A stretch of 64,000 nt of DNA, from the NCBI GenBank assembly GCA_965204745.1, contig OZ242010.1, positions 4,768,001-4,832,000 of the forward strand, read 5' to 3'. Position numbers and translations under genes: made by a program. Below are positions 1 to 9,653 of the stretch, in pieces. The notes beneath the pieces were generated by a model, which saw nothing but the letters and a program-made list of their open reading frames with translations, was not told the DNA's origin and made no database searches. The stretch comes from Candidatus Latescibacterota bacterium. Lineage in GTDB: Bacteria; Latescibacterota; UBA2968. Positions within the stretch are counted from its first letter, which is position 1. Every line of letters starts with the position of its first letter.

Positions 1-101
1 ACTTGCTTCAAGTAGCGGACGATGAACGGCCGCATCGCGTCTCGGTAAATATCCAGCGCGTCGGAAAGCGCGTCTCGGTTTGGGCGATCCGTTTTTGCCA
101 T
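1..101 (-). CDS. 5' fragment of a gene running off the window edge (MAKTDRPNRDALSDALDIYRDAMRPFIVRYLKQ...), possibly Swt1-like HEPN domain
   Basis: ATG at 101 on the minus strand, preceded by AGGAG; frame open to the edge. Family guess is from memory only. Confidence 0.4.
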   Translation of the reverse strand, partial: MAKTDRPNRDALSDALDIYRDAMRPFIVRYLKQ

Positions 102-160
102 TGTGGTCTCCTGACGAATGTTATACCAAATTGATTGGAATGGCGTGGGGCATTCTTATC

Positions 161-2131
161 TCAAAAATCATGCACCACATGCCCCTGCCCGTAAAAGAAG
201 AGGTGATCGATCAACGTAGAGAGAAATACCGCAAACGCATAGCCCACCATCAGGCCGATGAAAAACGGTTGCCCTCGGCGGTACATTGCCACGCCCCCGA
301 ACTTTAGGATGAGCGATTTGTACGCCCACATCATAAACGTGGGGAACGCGAGGCGGCGCGCCATGTACATCCCTTGCAGGGCCAGGCCCACCGCGGGCAG
401 GGGCCACCAGATAAAGTGGTAGCGCAAAAAGGTCAGCATCACGACAATGACCATCCCCGAGCCGGCGAATGTGAGGCGGTCCCAGTCCGGCGGTTGGAGG
501 TTGCGGATCCAGGTCACGGCTTTTTGGTAGTTGATCCGCGTGCCGGCGACCCGGGTCAATCCCCCCAGGTTGTATCCCCCGTGCCGATAGGCCGTGTAAA
601 TCGTCAGCCCGATAGAGCCGAAAAATCCCAGTGCCATTGCGATCACTATCGCGCCGATCAGGCGATTGCGCCGAAATTTTAGGCCACTGGTCAACTTGAG
701 CGTCTGCGCCAAGGGCGGGCCGAGGAACCCGCGCGTGGTGGCAAACAGCGCGTACAAAAAGCCCTGACTGACCATCGAGGGCGCGGCGATATCGCGCGAT
801 CCCAAAATGTAGATGGGCGCGTAGTTCAGCGCCGTATCCGAAATATTGGCGTAGGGCAAGCCCATCTCCGCGACGATGCGCGCCAGGCCAATATAGGCGG
901 TCAGCGCGAAAAACATGTAGAGCAGCAACATCTTCAGTTCCATGCCCGCCAGATGCAACCACCCGCCCATGTAGAGGAGGCCAATCGCCATCCCGATCAC
1001 TGCGGTGCGATAGGACAATGCCTCCTTGGAATCGTCGACCTCGGCATCGCCGAGCAGGGCTTTGCGGAACACGCCCTTCAAATGCGTGCGCGACATCCAC
1101 AGGCCCACCAACACGATCATCACAAACGCGCCAAAACTCTGTGCGCGCACCGCCTCCAAGCCCCCTTGTCCGACGGACGATCCCACGCCCAAGCGGTCAA
1201 ACACAGACATTTCAATGCCCGTCAAAAAGAAAAACACCCAAAAACTGAACAGGGCTTCCACGCGCGCAAAATACGTAAATCCAATGATGTAAATGCTGAT
1301 CTGCACCCAGAACGTGGGCGCGCCCTCCAGCCAGCGAAACCAACTCGCCGCGTTTGGGGTCGTGGGCAACCTCGGGATGAGCGGAAAAAAAAAGGTGGCG
1401 ATATTCCACACCACCGCGACCGCGCCCAAAAAACAGCCGATGCGAAACCCGCGTTGTCGAATCATGCCCGCCATGCCTTCGGGGTTATCTGCCCCGGCAG
1501 CCATCTTGATGCTCACATTCATCAACGGGTATTCGAGGCGCTCATTCTCCACCCATTGCTTTCGCAAAATCACCATGATGCACAGGGTCGTCCACCCAAT
1601 CGCACAAACCAACGTGCCCCACCAAAAGAGCGGCACGAGCCACGCGCCCCACGGAATCGGCTGATGCGGCGCGAGCCCTTCGTAAAACAGGGTCGCGGCC
1701 CCATCTTCATTGTGCAAGACGATCCACCGCGGGATATGCTCGTGCAGAAATTCGCGCCAGCCATTTTCGGGCGTATCCAAGTAAAAGGGCGCGGCAATCA
1801 CCGTGGGCAAAAAACTCGCCAGCCCAAAGAACGGGAAGAACGCGCCGATCAACCCCATGCCGAGCGCGACTTGCAACTCGGGCGGCGAAAGTGCCCACCT
1901 GCTCCGCGCGCGGTCAAACGCGACATTGACCAAGACCACCACCACGTACACAAAAAACAGCCCCATCGGCAGATAGGACTTGTTCAGGCGCGACGCCAGG
2001 TGCATCATGCCCCAGGTGATATACGCTTCGGACAAGAGCACGACCACCATGCCCACGACAATGGCCTTCAAAGTCACGGCTTGTCTGACAAACCGAGCCG
2101 GCTCAACGGACAAATTCGTTTTCGGGATCAT
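161..2131 (-). CDS. DUF6785/DUF6784-like polytopic inner-membrane protein (putative transporter), paralog 1
   Basis: 656 aa with many TM segments. Motifs ILRKQWVENERLEYPL, VDDSKEALSYR and C-terminal GQGHVVHDF are shared with the ORFs at 23616 and 61187. Confidence 0.75.
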   Translation of the reverse strand: MIPKTNLSVEPARFVRQAVTLKAIVVGMVVVLLSEAYITWGMMHLASRLNKSYLPMGLFFVYVVVVLVNVAFDRARSRWALSPPELQVALGMGLIGAFFPFFGLASFLPTVIAAPFYLDTPENGWREFLHEHIPRWIVLHNEDGAATLFYEGLAPHQPIPWGAWLVPLFWWGTLVCAIGWTTLCIMVILRKQWVENERLEYPLMNVSIKMAAGADNPEGMAGMIRQRGFRIGCFLGAVAVVWNIATFFFPLIPRLPTTPNAASWFRWLEGAPTFWVQISIYIIGFTYFARVEALFSFWVFFFLTGIEMSVFDRLGVGSSVGQGGLEAVRAQSFGAFVMIVLVGLWMSRTHLKGVFRKALLGDAEVDDSKEALSYRTAVIGMAIGLLYMGGWLHLAGMELKMLLLYMFFALTAYIGLARIVAEMGLPYANISDTALNYAPIYILGSRDIAAPSMVSQGFLYALFATTRGFLGPPLAQTLKLTSGLKFRRNRLIGAIVIAMALGFFGSIGLTIYTAYRHGGYNLGGLTRVAGTRINYQKAVTWIRNLQPPDWDRLTFAGSGMVIVVMLTFLRYHFIWWPLPAVGLALQGMYMARRLAFPTFMMWAYKSLILKFGGVAMYRRGQPFFIGLMVGYAFAVFLSTLIDHLFFYGQGHVVHDF

Positions 2132-2139
2132 GTTTTATC

Positions 2140-2220
2140 GGTGAGAGGTGAGAGGCGAGAGGCAAGACAGGAGAGGCAAGAGACAGTTGTCTGTTGTCTG
2201 TTGTCTGTTGTCTGTTGTCA
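2140..2220. repeat. Heptamer tandem repeats (GTGAGAG/GCAAGAG-type, then (TTGTCTG)n)
   Basis: 7-nt periodicity directly visible. Confidence 0.85.
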
Positions 2221-2273
2221 GGCCCCGCCCATCCACCGTTGATCGCTTTGGGCCGTGGGGTTGGGTGGACTGA

Positions 2274-2435
2274 CTACTGACTACTTGGGCGGTCGGGGTA
2301 GTGAGGGGGCTGGCTACTGCCTTCTGACTACTGACTACTTGGGTGGTCGGGGTAGTGAGGGGGCTGGCTACTGCCTTCTAACTACTGACTACTTGGGCGG
2401 TCGGGGTAGTGAGGGGACTGACTACTGACTACTGC
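2274..2435. repeat. 54-bp tandem repeat, about 3 copies
   Basis: Unit CTACTGACTACTTGGGCGGTCGGGGTAGTGAGGGGGCTGGCTACTGCCTTCTGA starts at 2274, 2328 and 2382. Confidence 0.9.
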
Positions 2436-3787
2436 CTCGTAAATACGGCCATCTGCGTAGGCGCGCCGACTTCTGCATCTACCGGGCCGATGGGGTTGAA
2501 TGTTGCGCGATAATGGCATTGTTTTGCGACGCCGCGTGCCCAATTCTGAAATTGCTTGCGCGTCCACTCGAACCGATGATCCGGATGCCGAAATCGCCCG
2601 CCCGGAAGCGATGCCCAGCGCACATTGTACTCCGCATTGGGCGTGGTGACGATCACCGTGTTGGGACGGGCGTACTCAAAGACCACGCGGTTAAACACCG
2701 GCAACCGAGAAGGCGGGAGGTGTTCGATGACCTCCAAGAGCACCGCCGCGTCATATCCGTTGAGGCGAAGGTCGCGGTAGAACAAGGAGCCGTGGATGAG
2801 TTCGATGCGGTCGCGCTGGTTGGGCGGCAACCGGTCACGGCGTTCTCGCGCGCGGCTCAATGCGCGGTGCGAAACCTCCAGGCCGAGGATTTTTGTGAAT
2901 TGGGGATTATCCGACAAGATCTGCACGAAGCGGCCCTCCCCGCAACCGAGGTCGAGAACGCTTTGCGCGCCGCTCTTTTTTAGGGCTTCAGATGCGGCCT
3001 GGTACCGCTGCTGGTTCAGGCGCAGGTTGTTCTCCACGACGAGTTCACGGTCTGCAATGCCGCGGTCTAAGGGGAGGTCGTCCATAAGGCGAAAGGCTTC
3101 GCTGGTGAGCACGCGCTGGTGCTTGAGGTACCGATCCACGATGAGGTCGCGTTTGGGATGGTCTGGCAACCACCCCTTGCCGCGCCGCATCAAGGTGTCG
3201 ATTTCGGATTGGCTGACAAAGTAGTGTTTGTCGTTGTCGAGCACCGGGATGAGCACGTAGAGATGGGTGAGCAGGGCTTTGAGGGGGATGTCCGCTTCGA
3301 GTGCCACCGCGTAATACGGACTTTGCCCCCATTCTGAAAATTTTTCATCGAGATGACGCGCTTCGGCTGTCACCGCATAGCCCAAGGGCTGGAACAAGTC
3401 GCACAGCAGTTGCTCGCCCCCGCGACACGGCAACACATGGATCGTCGCGCGCAGGGGAATGGGCTTCGTCACCAGTTCCGGACGCTGCGCGCACTGGCCC
3501 TTGAGCGCAGTGCCAAAGACGCGGGCGATGGCAACGCTGGTAAAAGAAGACGCGACATAAGGCCGATCCGTGACGTAATCCACCGAGGCTTTGCGACGGC
3601 GTTTGAGACCAATCGCGTCGAGATCGAGCAACATAGCCGCGGTGCAACGCGCAGGCGTGGCTTCGGGATAAAACACATGCGCCCGCCCAAAAGACAAGTC
3701 AAAACTCTGCGCCCGTGCGGGATGCTTGTGCAACAAATAGCCCAAGTCCGTCGCGGGCGCGTGTGTGGTGGTGATGGTTAAGAGCAT
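2429..3787 (-). CDS. hen1: 3'-terminal RNA ribose 2'-O-methyltransferase Hen1
   Basis: N-terminus MLLTITTTHAPATDLGYLLHKHP, YVTDRPYVASS, SAM motif VLDLGCGEG, EVIEH, TTPNAEYN, RHPDHRFEWTR, PTQMAVF. Start moved to 3787 because the upstream extension is repeat DNA. Confidence 0.92.
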   Translation of the reverse strand: MLLTITTTHAPATDLGYLLHKHPARAQSFDLSFGRAHVFYPEATPARCTAAMLLDLDAIGLKRRRKASVDYVTDRPYVASSFTSVAIARVFGTALKGQCAQRPELVTKPIPLRATIHVLPCRGGEQLLCDLFQPLGYAVTAEARHLDEKFSEWGQSPYYAVALEADIPLKALLTHLYVLIPVLDNDKHYFVSQSEIDTLMRRGKGWLPDHPKRDLIVDRYLKHQRVLTSEAFRLMDDLPLDRGIADRELVVENNLRLNQQRYQAASEALKKSGAQSVLDLGCGEGRFVQILSDNPQFTKILGLEVSHRALSRARERRDRLPPNQRDRIELIHGSLFYRDLRLNGYDAAVLLEVIEHLPPSRLPVFNRVVFEYARPNTVIVTTPNAEYNVRWASLPGGRFRHPDHRFEWTRKQFQNWARGVAKQCHYRATFNPIGPVDAEVGAPTQMAVFTRQ

Positions 3788-3789
3788 GA

Positions 3790-3986
3790 GGAGGTGAGAG
3801 GCAAGAGGTAAGGCGCAAGACGTAAGAGGTGAGAAGTAAGAGGTGAGACGTGAGATGCGATTAGCCACGAGCGGGTTACAACTGGCGACAGCCAGTTCAA
3901 AGGCACAAAAGGCACAAAAGGGGTACAACTGGCGATAGCTAGTTCAAAGGCGAGCCGTATGTAGGGGCGATGCCCCGTGCTCGCCC
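3790..3986 (+). repeat. Heptamer tract plus composite REP-like element, copy 1
   Basis: Palindrome AACTGGCGACAGCCAGTT, nonamer GGCACAAAA and terminal GTAGGGGCGATGCCCCGTGCTCGCCC (3961-3986). Confidence 0.85.
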
Positions 3987-4319
3987 AAAGATACAAAGAA
4001 ATCCGCTCGCGAGATAATACTACTTTTTCCACAAAAGAACAAGCCCATCAGTCCTTTTACCTGAATAGCCCTTATATCCCCGACCCTTTAGGGCAAGATA
4101 CGGTTTGGCTCTGCGTAGGCTTTAACCCACTTTTTTACGGTTTGCTTTGTCACGGGGCAAGTGTATTTTCCCCTTGTAGCGAGAGTTGTCGCCTGAAGCG
4201 ATACGGCGTATGACGACAACAAAGCTACGTCAAATCACTCAACTCATGGCCTGGCGATGAGAGGGTCGGCAGAGATGTCGCTAACCGGGATCGTGGGAAA
4301 ATTCTTGAAAGGGCGAACA

Positions 4320-4517
4320 ATGGTGCGCGAGATCGTGATGGCGGGAATATCCGTTGGGGCCGTGATTGCCCTGGCGTGGTGGGTCGAACATCCGAAAAAA
4401 GAGGTGGGTAGCCTGCTGGCTATCGGCATATTTGTGGTGCTCGTCGCGGTGGCATTTCTAAAAAAGAAAAACCAAGTGACGCGCTACCAAAAGATGAAGC
4501 ACAAAAAGGAGCGGTGA
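4320..4517 (+). CDS. Small two-TM membrane protein with a basic tail (65 aa)
   Basis: GAAAGGG upstream of ATG; two hydrophobic segments; Lys-rich C-terminus. Confidence 0.55.
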   Translation: MVREIVMAGISVGAVIALAWWVEHPKKEVGSLLAIGIFVVLVAVAFLKKKNQVTRYQKMKHKKER

Positions 4518-4708
4518 GGAGAGTGAGCGATCCGCCATCAGCATTCAGCCTCGCGTCCAGTGACTTTTGTTTTTTTGTTCTGGATTCTGCCCCTGCTTTC
4601 GTCAGAATGGCGATGGGCGGGCTGACCACTTGGGGTTACCGGGTTGGGACTGACAACTGACAACTGGTCTTGCTAACTGCTTGGGTACTACCTGATCGGG
4701 AGAAACCC

Positions 4709-5278
4709 ATGAAACAAAAATTCGCACAGCGCGTTTCGCAGGTTTTGAACCCCCTGGTCGTCTTGGTGGGTGTGCTCGTGCTCGTGTCCGTCAAGGCGGA
4801 TGGCGCGGGGGTTTGGACCGCGGCGATGGTCGTCTTTGTGTTCGGCGCGCTCGTTCCCCTGTGCGTCGTATGGCACATGTTGCGGCGGGGCGAGATCAGC
4901 GAGGTGTTCATCCCGAACCGTGCGGATCGACCGCGTCCCCTGTTCTCGTTCTCCGCGAGTGCTTGGCTGGGGGCCGGTGTCCTGTACCTGATGGACGCGC
5001 CGCAGGCGTTGAACGCGCTGATGCTGTGTGTGGCGATTTTGAGCGTCATCGCGCTCGTCGTCACCGCGCATTGGAAAATCAGCTTGCACGCCTTGGGAAT
5101 CTGGGCCGCGTGTGCAGCGGTGATCGCCCTGTACGGCAACAGCGGTTGGCTGGCGGTCGTCCCTGCGGGCATGACGTCCTGGGCGCGGTATGCCTTGCGC
5201 GTTCACTCCGCCCCGCAGATTTTGGCGGGTGGGATCGTGGGAGCAGGGATTGCGTTTTTTATTTTTGGGAACGTGTAA
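4709..5278 (+). CDS. PAP2-like integral membrane protein
   Basis: WKISLH and WARYALRVHSAPQILAG motifs; several TM helices. Confidence 0.7.
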   Translation: MKQKFAQRVSQVLNPLVVLVGVLVLVSVKADGAGVWTAAMVVFVFGALVPLCVVWHMLRRGEISEVFIPNRADRPRPLFSFSASAWLGAGVLYLMDAPQALNALMLCVAILSVIALVVTAHWKISLHALGIWAACAAVIALYGNSGWLAVVPAGMTSWARYALRVHSAPQILAGGIVGAGIAFFIFGNV

Positions 5279-5293
5279 CAAATAGGAGGAACC

Positions 5294-6499
5294 ATGAAAA
5301 TCAAATCCATCGAAGCGGTAGATGTCGCGATGCCACAGCGGCAGTCGACCACGCCTGCGCGCAGGCCGAGTTGGCGGCAGTCGTCGCCCATTGGCCTGCC
5401 CATGAACAAGTACCCAGAATTTCCGCCCGACGTGCCGAGCAAATCCCCCGGCATTGGCGGGCGCGGCGTGTGGGTGAAAGTCACCGCAGAGGACGGCACA
5501 TGGGGCTTGGGCAGAACCGGGTTTGGCGAACCGGTTGCGGCCTTGGTCGACGCGTTCTACGCGCCCCTGCTAAAAGGCCGCGATTGTTTTGCCACCGAAC
5601 ACCTCAACGACATGATGTGGCGCGCGTCCAAACGGCACGGGTCATTGGGCCTGTCCGCGTGCGCGCAAAGCGCGATTGATCTCGCCCTGTGGGATTTGAA
5701 GGGCAAATTGCTCGGACAACCGGTGTACCGCTTGCTCGGCGGCCCATCCCGCGAGAAAATCCGGTGCTATTGCACGGGCGACGACCTCGATTGGTCGATG
5801 GAACTCGGTTTTGAGGCGTTTAAGATCACCAACCCCGTGCATTATGAACAGGGCATCGCGGGCATCAACATCATGGCGGACAAAGTCGGCCTGGCCCGCG
5901 ACACAGTTGGCAAAGACGCCGAGTTGATGATCAATCCGGTGATGGCCTACGACGTGGAATTTGCCATTCGCTTGGCAGAGCGGCTCAGGCCCTACGAATT
6001 GCGCTGGATGGAAGAACCCCTGTTTCCAGAAGACCTGGAGGGCCATATCCAACTGCGAAAAGCCATGACCTGGATCCCCATCGCAACCGGGGAAGACCAC
6101 CATACGCGCATCCCCTTTCGCCAACTCGTGGAAAACCGCTGTGTCGATGTCGTCCAACCGGATTTGCACTGGTGCGGGGGCATGACCGAAGCCGTGAAAA
6201 TCCACCACATCGCCGAGGCCGCGGGCATCAAGAGCAGCCCACACGGCGGTTGCAATTCCGCGTACGGACAGCATTTTTGCTACGCCATGCCCGAATGCAC
6301 GCTGTGCGAGTTTCACTTGAGCACCCCCGTGGGCGTGCCGCTTGAAGAGGTCGCGCGCTTGCCGGGCGTGCCCGTGCCCAAAGATGGCTACGTCATTCCC
6401 TCTGACGCGCCGGGCTTCGGGATGGACATTGCCGAGGATTGGATCACCCCCTGGAACCACGGACGATTGACGACTGGCGGGGAACATGTGATTCTGTGA
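5294..6499 (+). CDS. Mandelate racemase/muconate-lactonizing (enolase superfamily) sugar-acid dehydratase, L-rhamnonate dehydratase-like
   Basis: SAIDLALWDLKGK, WMEEP, ATGEDH, VVQPD..WCGG, PGFG; strong RBS AGGAGG. Confidence 0.88.
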   Translation: MKIKSIEAVDVAMPQRQSTTPARRPSWRQSSPIGLPMNKYPEFPPDVPSKSPGIGGRGVWVKVTAEDGTWGLGRTGFGEPVAALVDAFYAPLLKGRDCFATEHLNDMMWRASKRHGSLGLSACAQSAIDLALWDLKGKLLGQPVYRLLGGPSREKIRCYCTGDDLDWSMELGFEAFKITNPVHYEQGIAGINIMADKVGLARDTVGKDAELMINPVMAYDVEFAIRLAERLRPYELRWMEEPLFPEDLEGHIQLRKAMTWIPIATGEDHHTRIPFRQLVENRCVDVVQPDLHWCGGMTEAVKIHHIAEAAGIKSSPHGGCNSAYGQHFCYAMPECTLCEFHLSTPVGVPLEEVARLPGVPVPKDGYVIPSDAPGFGMDIAEDWITPWNHGRLTTGGEHVIL

Positions 6500-6751
6500 G
6501 ACGTGAGAGGCGAGAGGGGAGAGGGAAGGGGATTTTAGCCACAAAAGGCACAAAAGGCACAAAAGGTGAGCGATAGCCCGTTCAAAGGCACAAAAGGTGA
6601 GCGATAGCCCGTTCAAAGGCACAAAAGGTGAGCGATAGCCCGTTCAAAGGCACAAAAGGTGAGCGATAGCCCGTTCAAAGGCACAAAAGGTGAGCGATAG
6701 CCCGTTCAAAGGTGAGCGATATGTGTAGGGGCGATGCCCCCGTGCTCGCCC
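6497..6751 (+). repeat. Composite REP-like element, copy 2, with an internal 31-bp unit amplified 5 times
   Basis: GGCACAAAAGGTGAGCGATAGCCCGTTCAAA at 6556, 6587, 6618, 6649 and 6680; GTAG-REP at 6725-6751. Confidence 0.92.
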
Positions 6752-6813
6752 GCTCCACCGTGTCTGAATCGCGGATTAAGTAGTATTGAGTTGCTTTTGA
6801 TAGGAGTTTTCCG

Positions 6814-9222
6814 ATGAGATGGTTCTGTGTTTTCTCCACCTTGCTCTGTTCCGCGTGTTGGCATCAGGCGGCGGCGGATCAGCGGGATTCCCTGTTGAGC
6901 ATCGGTCAAGCGCGGCTCGCAGAGGGGCGGGCAGACGCGGCGATTGCGGCGTTCTCCCAACTCGTGGAAGCCTTTCCCAATGATGCCCAAAGCTGGTCGC
7001 GCTTGGGCTATGCGTATCTGAAACAGCGGGATTTTGACGCGGCGAGTGCGGCGTTTAAGGAGGCCAAAAAGCGGGATGGAAATCTGGCAGAAGCGTACGT
7101 GGGCCTGGGGTTGGTGTACGCGGAGCGGCCGGCGGCCGGCATGGCCGCGTACAGCAATTTTCGCAAAGCCATTGGCGAGGCCAAGCGCGCCTCCAAAATC
7201 GACTCTACGCACGCGCCTGCGTATCGCCTGCTCGGGGAATTGTACCAGCGATTTCAGGAAGACCACCAAAAAGCCGTGGCGTACTATTTGAAATACATCC
7301 AAGCCGAATCGGACAACCCGGAGGGGCTGTACTATTTTGGGCTGGCCTGCGTGCAAGCCGAGCAATACGACCTGATCGTGACGCACCTCATCCCCTACAT
7401 CGCCGAGCGCGATCCAGAACCCCGGCTCCTACCACTGGCCGCATTGGGCCACTTTTTTGACGGCAAACCCGAATTGGCGCTGGATTCTTTTGACCGCTAT
7501 TTGCAGCGGATAGGGGAAAGCGAACGCGCCTATCACACCGACATCTCTCTCGTCGCATCTGAAAGGGAATGGCGCGAATACCAGGGCCTTGCAGACGAGG
7601 CGGAAAAACGCGCTTATGTACAACGGTTCTGGCAACGGCGCGATCCGGACATCCTGACCCCGGTCAATGAGCGCGTTGCCGAACACCACCGGCGCGTGTG
7701 GTACGCGCGCACGTTCTTCTCCAAAAAAATCAGCCCCTGGGATCGCAGGGGCGAGGTTTATATTCGATATGGCGAACCGGATTACCGCTCTCGCTCCAGC
7801 TATCGCACGTACGTCACCACGCCCGAAGTGGAAGCGGTCCGCAACCGGATGGCCGCGGACATCTGGGGGCCGGCAGCGACCTATTACACCTTCACCGGCC
7901 CGGTCTTTCCCATCCGCAGCCAGCGCGCGCCATTTGAGGGCAACATCACAAATGAGAGCCTAAATACCGGGGCCTTTGGTACAGATGCCGGGGAAGACGA
8001 CATCAATTTGGCCCTGAACCCGGGGGAAGAGGCAGAGGATTTGGGATTTCAATTTCAGGTGCCGGACTTGGTCGCGTCCAGCCCGTTTGACGTCGCTGTC
8101 AACCCGCGCACAGAGCAACGGTTCTTGAACTACGGCCCGGTCACGTCCGACAGCGAATACGAGACCGTGCCCTGGGAAACGTGGACTTATACGCAACTGC
8201 AAGGCGGGGTGGAATTTACATTTACAGACGAAGTGGGCAACGGGCATTTCGACTTCGCGCCCCTGCCGCCCTTGCCGCAAAGCGACAACCGCATCGCCAG
8301 CGTCGCCCGCATGATGGAATACGCGCCCGGGGTCATCTACCAGCAGGCCATCTCGGTCGTGCCCTCCTACTATCGCCCGGGCGCGGGCAAAGACGCGCTA
8401 CATTTTTTTTACGACATCGCGGATTTTCGCGGCACAGATGGCAAGACCCGCATCGAAGTGTATTACGGCATCCCCCCGGCCGAAGTGACCATAGGCAAGG
8501 GGGACAGGGATTATCTCATCCACACCCAAGCCACGCTGGCTTTGGCGGACGCGAGCCACGAAAACATCTACCGCACGCAAGAGATGTTGTCCTACCAAAA
8601 CAGCCGCGGATTTCCCACGACCCGCGGCGTGTTTATCCCCGACGTGCTCCGCATCGAAGTCTCGCCGGGGGAAAAGTACCAACTTCAAGTGCAGTTGAAA
8701 GACGAACTCTCTGGGCGCGTGGGCGCGTACAAACAAGAACTCGCGGTCTCGGATTTTGCCGCGCAAGGCGTGAAAATCAGCGGCATTCAACTCGCGTCCT
8801 CAATCGCGGAAACCGGCGCGAATGACCGCCTGCGAAAGCGCGACATCTACGTATCCCCGATGGCCTCCCGAAGCTATTCCCCGGGCACCCGCGTCTTTGC
8901 GTACTTTGAAATCTACAACTTGCAACGCGACGCATTCGGGCGAACCCGGTACAAAGTGCAGTACCGCGTGCAATTCAACCCACGCGCCTCTGTGGGCATC
9001 GCGGGCGTCATCTCCTCGGGGATACGCGCCCTCTTGCGGCAACAAAAACCCCAAGTCTCGGTCAGGTACGAACAAGTGGGCACAGACGAAACCGCCCGCG
9101 AATACGTGGAACTCGATCTCAAAAAAGCCAAGCCGGGGGTGAACATCGTGGAAATCACGATCCAAGACCAAGTCAGTGCCACCAAAGCCACGCGCGAAGT
9201 GGTCTTCTTCTACGGCGGATAA
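6814..9222 (+). CDS. Exported TPR-repeat / GWxTD-domain protein
   Basis: Signal peptide, N-terminal TPRs, FWQRRDPD...EHHRRV...WDRRGEVYIRYGEPD, beta-rich C-terminus (VFAYFEIYNL). Confidence 0.8.
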   Translation: MRWFCVFSTLLCSACWHQAAADQRDSLLSIGQARLAEGRADAAIAAFSQLVEAFPNDAQSWSRLGYAYLKQRDFDAASAAFKEAKKRDGNLAEAYVGLGLVYAERPAAGMAAYSNFRKAIGEAKRASKIDSTHAPAYRLLGELYQRFQEDHQKAVAYYLKYIQAESDNPEGLYYFGLACVQAEQYDLIVTHLIPYIAERDPEPRLLPLAALGHFFDGKPELALDSFDRYLQRIGESERAYHTDISLVASEREWREYQGLADEAEKRAYVQRFWQRRDPDILTPVNERVAEHHRRVWYARTFFSKKISPWDRRGEVYIRYGEPDYRSRSSYRTYVTTPEVEAVRNRMAADIWGPAATYYTFTGPVFPIRSQRAPFEGNITNESLNTGAFGTDAGEDDINLALNPGEEAEDLGFQFQVPDLVASSPFDVAVNPRTEQRFLNYGPVTSDSEYETVPWETWTYTQLQGGVEFTFTDEVGNGHFDFAPLPPLPQSDNRIASVARMMEYAPGVIYQQAISVVPSYYRPGAGKDALHFFYDIADFRGTDGKTRIEVYYGIPPAEVTIGKGDRDYLIHTQATLALADASHENIYRTQEMLSYQNSRGFPTTRGVFIPDVLRIEVSPGEKYQLQVQLKDELSGRVGAYKQELAVSDFAAQGVKISGIQLASSIAETGANDRLRKRDIYVSPMASRSYSPGTRVFAYFEIYNLQRDAFGRTRYKVQYRVQFNPRASVGIAGVISSGIRALLRQQKPQVSVRYEQVGTDETAREYVELDLKKAKPGVNIVEITIQDQVSATKATREVVFFYGG

Positions 9223-9247
9223 TGAGCGGTAGCGCGCGCTTTGGTTA

Positions 9248-9653
9248 GGTTCTGTTGACATTTACGAGCCATGCAACGGCTTGGCGGTTTATCGAGAAAA
9301 TCAAGCCCTATCGCAGAATATGCTCTCGGTTTGAGAAACTGAAACAGTCGCTCCTGATCGGGACCTACCCCCCTAACCCCCCTTCCTGCGAGGAAGGGGG
9401 GAACAGTGAGCGGTTTTGCGAGGGGATTGATGAGGGATATTTAATCGCTTTATGCCCTCGCGCAACGCTCTTAAAAACAGCCATTGATTAAGCCATCAAA
9501 GGAGCTTTACTCCCCTTTCCTCGTAGGAAAGGGGCCGGGGGATAGGTCCCCTCGCGCAATGCCATCAAAGGACCAAACGCCTTAAATGAGCAAGAAGCAA
9601 CACAGTTGCTACTCTGTGCGTAACATAAAAAAAAATGAAATGTCAACACAACC
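9248..9653 (+). mobile_element. Internally deleted IS5-family (IS427-like) element / MITE
   Basis: 16-bp TIRs GGTTCTGTTGACATTT (9248) and AAATGTCAACACAACC (9638-9653), 15/16 match; flanking TA duplication; remnant peptide RFIEKIKPYRRICSRFEKL resembles an IS5 transposase C-terminus. Confidence 0.8.

Noticed and set aside
2274-2435. Possible CRISPR array (54-bp period)
   Set aside because: The whole unit repeats almost identically, so there are no variable spacers.
3788-3928. N-terminal extension of the Hen1 ORF (MYPFCAFCAF...)
   Set aside because: It is a translation of repeat DNA; the family N-terminus begins at MLLTITTT (3787).
6556-6710. Possible CRISPR array (31-bp repeats)
   Set aside because: Units are directly adjacent with no unique spacers, and there are no cas genes in the window.
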